Shown: piece by piece, positions 61,242 to 64,000 of the stretch | Layout of the letters: every line of letters starts with the position of its first letter | How positions within the stretch are numbered: position 1 is the first letter of the stretch | Origin: Antedon mediterranea | Taxonomy: Eukaryota > Animalia > Echinodermata | Direction of reading: 5' to 3' | Assembly (NCBI RefSeq): GCF_964355755.1 | Contig: NC_092674.1 | Location: 30,628,001-30,692,000, forward strand | DNA length: 64,000 bases | Made by a program: the position numbers and the translations under genes | Notes under the pieces: generated by a model | What the model saw: only the letters and a program-made list of their open reading frames with translations | Databases searched by the model: none | What the model was told of the DNA's origin: nothing

Positions 61242-62911
61242 CATAGTTGCCATTTCTGGCATTATTATGCTTTTTGGCATTATTTAGGGGCCCACGGCAT
61301 CTGGCATAATGCCGCGGCATTATTTAGCCGTTTTTAGCATAATCTGGCATAATTTTGTGTTTTTTGAACAACCAAAAAAATAATATACCACAGAACAAAA
61401 ATAAAATATTTTGTTTAATCTTGCAATTTAATACCGTACATATCACCTTACACAATATCATATCGTACAAAACAGGTCTGTTCGGGTTTTCCGTACAATA
61501 GTTCTTCCATCCTTTTGTTTCGGACTTAAATAGACCAGGGAGTTGTTATTAACAACTCCCTGAATAGACTCTTCGGATAGGAAGGCTGCTCGAAAACTAC
61601 GTGTGTGCGATATAGGCAGCACAACAAATCCGAAGAGGCTAGCTATTGGCCAATTATGTTGCTCTATTCAGAGACCATGCAGGTTATTGGAGCCCCAGAT
61701 ATAGAGACAATTGAACGAAAACATTATGAAAGGGGTTTTGTTGTTTCAGTTCATAATTATAAGTGGCCGCACCCCTACCCCAACCCTTGAAATGGCAATT
61801 TCCAGTAACTAATTAGAAGCTCTAATTTTAAAAAGAATTTCTTCTAGGAGAATTTGTTTTCCAATTTCAAATTATGTTCCATTTGCATCGTCGTAGCAAC
61901 CCTATTTTTCCAAATGTTCTTCACCTCTCAGCCCCAGTAGTGACCATGTGGGCGAGGTAATTATTTAAAATTAAGTGCCATTTCCGCCCATCGAGCAGCT
62001 CTATTTTTCCATTTTTTTTTACCTCACCCCCAACCATGGTGGGGCTGAGGTCATGGAGACACTTAATATATATTTGTATTTCCTATTTTAAATTATAATT
62101 GCCATTTTCAAAACTATGATGGGCTAAGATCCTGGAGGTACTAATAAATATATTTTATTTCATAATTGAAATTAAGTGCCATTTCCGGCCATCAAGCAGC
62201 TCTATTTTTCCAAATTTGTGTACCTCAGTCCCAACAACCATGGTGGGGCTGAGGTCCTGGAGACACTTAATATATATTTGGATTTCCTATTTTTATAATT
62301 GCCATTTTCGAACTATGGTGGGCTAAGACACTAATAAATATATTTTATTTCATATTTTAAATTAAGTGGCATTTCCGGCCATCAGCATTTTTCAAAATTT
62401 TCTTATCAACCATGGTGGGGTTGAGGTCCTGGAGACACTTAATATATTAATATATATTTTTATTTCCTATTTTAAATTATAATTGCCATTTTCTAATTAT
62501 GGTGGGCTAAGATCCTTTCATATTTGAAATTAAGTGCAAAGATCGAGGAGCTCTCATATTTCAGCTAAAAAATTCTAAATTTCCATGGCTGTAACAGGTT
62601 TTTTTTGGGGGGGGGGGGGTGGGGGGAGAAGGGTTCGTGGGTTGGTGTTTGTGTCATTTGCAATTACATTTTCGCACCCCAGATATTTTTAGAATTATTA
62701 GTTATTACTCACAAAACTAAAAATACAATTTTTGAACGACATAGGGATACAATTTCAATTTCAGTTGGGGTTTTACAAACGTTTATTAGACATACAACCG
62801 TTGGTGGCGCTGTTTAGGGCCACATTTTGGGGATCTGGCATTATTTTTCCCAATCTGGCATTATTTGAGACAGGATACGGCATAATTTAAATTTTATCGC
62901 TGGCAACGCTG
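61242..62911. mobile_element. hAT-type non-autonomous element
   Basis: Perfect 8-bp TSD atgctagc. TIR catagttgcca / tggcaacgctg. Subterminal ggcat[t/a]at repeats at both ends. Internal ~200-bp repeat x3 at ~61965-62540. Confidence 0.85.
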
Positions 62912-63356
62912 ATGCTAGCTCTCAATTATATCTTTCTCAATATATTTATCTGTCTTATAAGTTACAAAAAGTCCTGCTAGTAGAAGGTAGGCCTAGATAA
63001 GGCCAATAATAATAATATTAGGTAGGAGGCTAGGCTAGGCTAGGCCTCATGATAGAGGTGGTACTAGGCCTAGGCCTAGCTAGGCTAGGCCTAGGCCTAG
63101 CTTCTCTCTGTCATGTCAGACAGGACCGTACCAGCTAAGCTATCTAGAAGACGACGGCCTACTTACTAGGCCTAGTTCGATAGGGAGCCAGGTCTAGGGC
63201 AGGACCTTAGCTAGGCATAATCATTATCTTGTAGGTGAGTAAAAACAAAAACCGGTTTGAAATGCGACCGAGTCTGATTACAAGTTTGTCAATGTGCTGC
63301 CGGTAGCGCGGTAGTTTATTTTTTTTAAATATTTTTAATAGATAATTGAGGCAATA

Positions 63357-64000
63357 ATGGAAGATTTTTCAAAATTGACTGCAAACGAATTGAGAACGAG
63401 GTTGCAAGAAGGTGGGCTTCCTTCAGGACCAATCACAAAAACAACAAGAAAAATATTTGAGGCTAAACTAGCGAAATATTTAAAAGAAAAAGAAAATGTA
63501 GGAAATGACCAGAAGTTGGAAGAGGACGCTGAAATTAATAAAGGTGATGGAGATGGTAAAACACAAGAAATAAAAACAAAATCAAAAGCTTCAAGTGGAA
63601 TTTATTTTGGAATTTGCATTCCTGCCTTAGAACATGATTTCACAGATTCTCAAGGTAAAAATGGCAAATAATAAATGGCAAATTAGAAAAGAATGACACG
63701 TGAGAGGTTGGATTGGTTTTTGAATTTATCAGTGGATGAGTGGAGACAGTCTTTATGAATCAATATATGCATATCTGTTCATGATTTGCTGCGTTATATA
63801 ATAATAATAAGTAGTTACTAAATACCATATTTACTATATTTTATTTGTCAGCTGTCAGGCCTTTAATGTTTGATTTATTGCAGCGGCTGATCATGTTTAT
63901 GAGGATCGGAGTGAAGTGATGAAAGTACTCAAAAAGAACCCTAATGCCCGATTTAAGGCATTTAAATCGGAAGGAGAAGCCAGAGAGTTTTCAAAATCAA
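63357..64000 (+). CDS. ANKLE2: ANKLE2/LEM4 5' part (exon 63357-63654; exon from 63884 running off the window)
   Basis: N-terminal LEM domain (LTANELRTRLQEGGLPSGPITKTTRKIFEAKL). Caulimovirus/RNaseH1-N-like domain (YFGICIP...HVYEDR...ARFKAFKSEGEAREF). In-phase GT-AG intron. Confidence 0.88.

Overview
AT-rich, intron-rich eukaryotic DNA from an invertebrate animal. It is probably a deuterostome such as an echinoderm, inferred from gene content and Deu-type SINEs, but this is not provable here. Gene order: two tandem intronless otopetrin-like proton channels (+); two paralogous TSP1/EGF-repeat membrane proteins (-), each with both an N-terminal and a C-terminal hydrophobic anchor, the longer one broken by two frameshifts; a PA-TM-RING E3 ligase of the RNF150/RNF130/goliath type (+); a WDR49/WDR95/WDY-family EF-hand + WD40 ciliary gene with RFX X-boxes (+); an SLC25A15-type mitochondrial ornithine carrier (+); a voltage-sensing phosphatase VSP/TPTE2 (+); and the 5' end of ANKLE2 (+). 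Introns and intergenic DNA hold many MITEs (hAT, Harbinger, Kolobok, MULE-like), tRNA-derived SINEs and mini/satellites. There is no CRISPR array. The most notable observations are the double-anchored TSP1-EGF family, 17-33 bp palindromes flanked by 7-8 bp direct repeats that resemble P-element excision footprints, a minimal hammerhead ribozyme in an intron, and substitutions at key residues in the otopetrins and the VSP. Exon coordinates were read by eye and may be off by a few bases.
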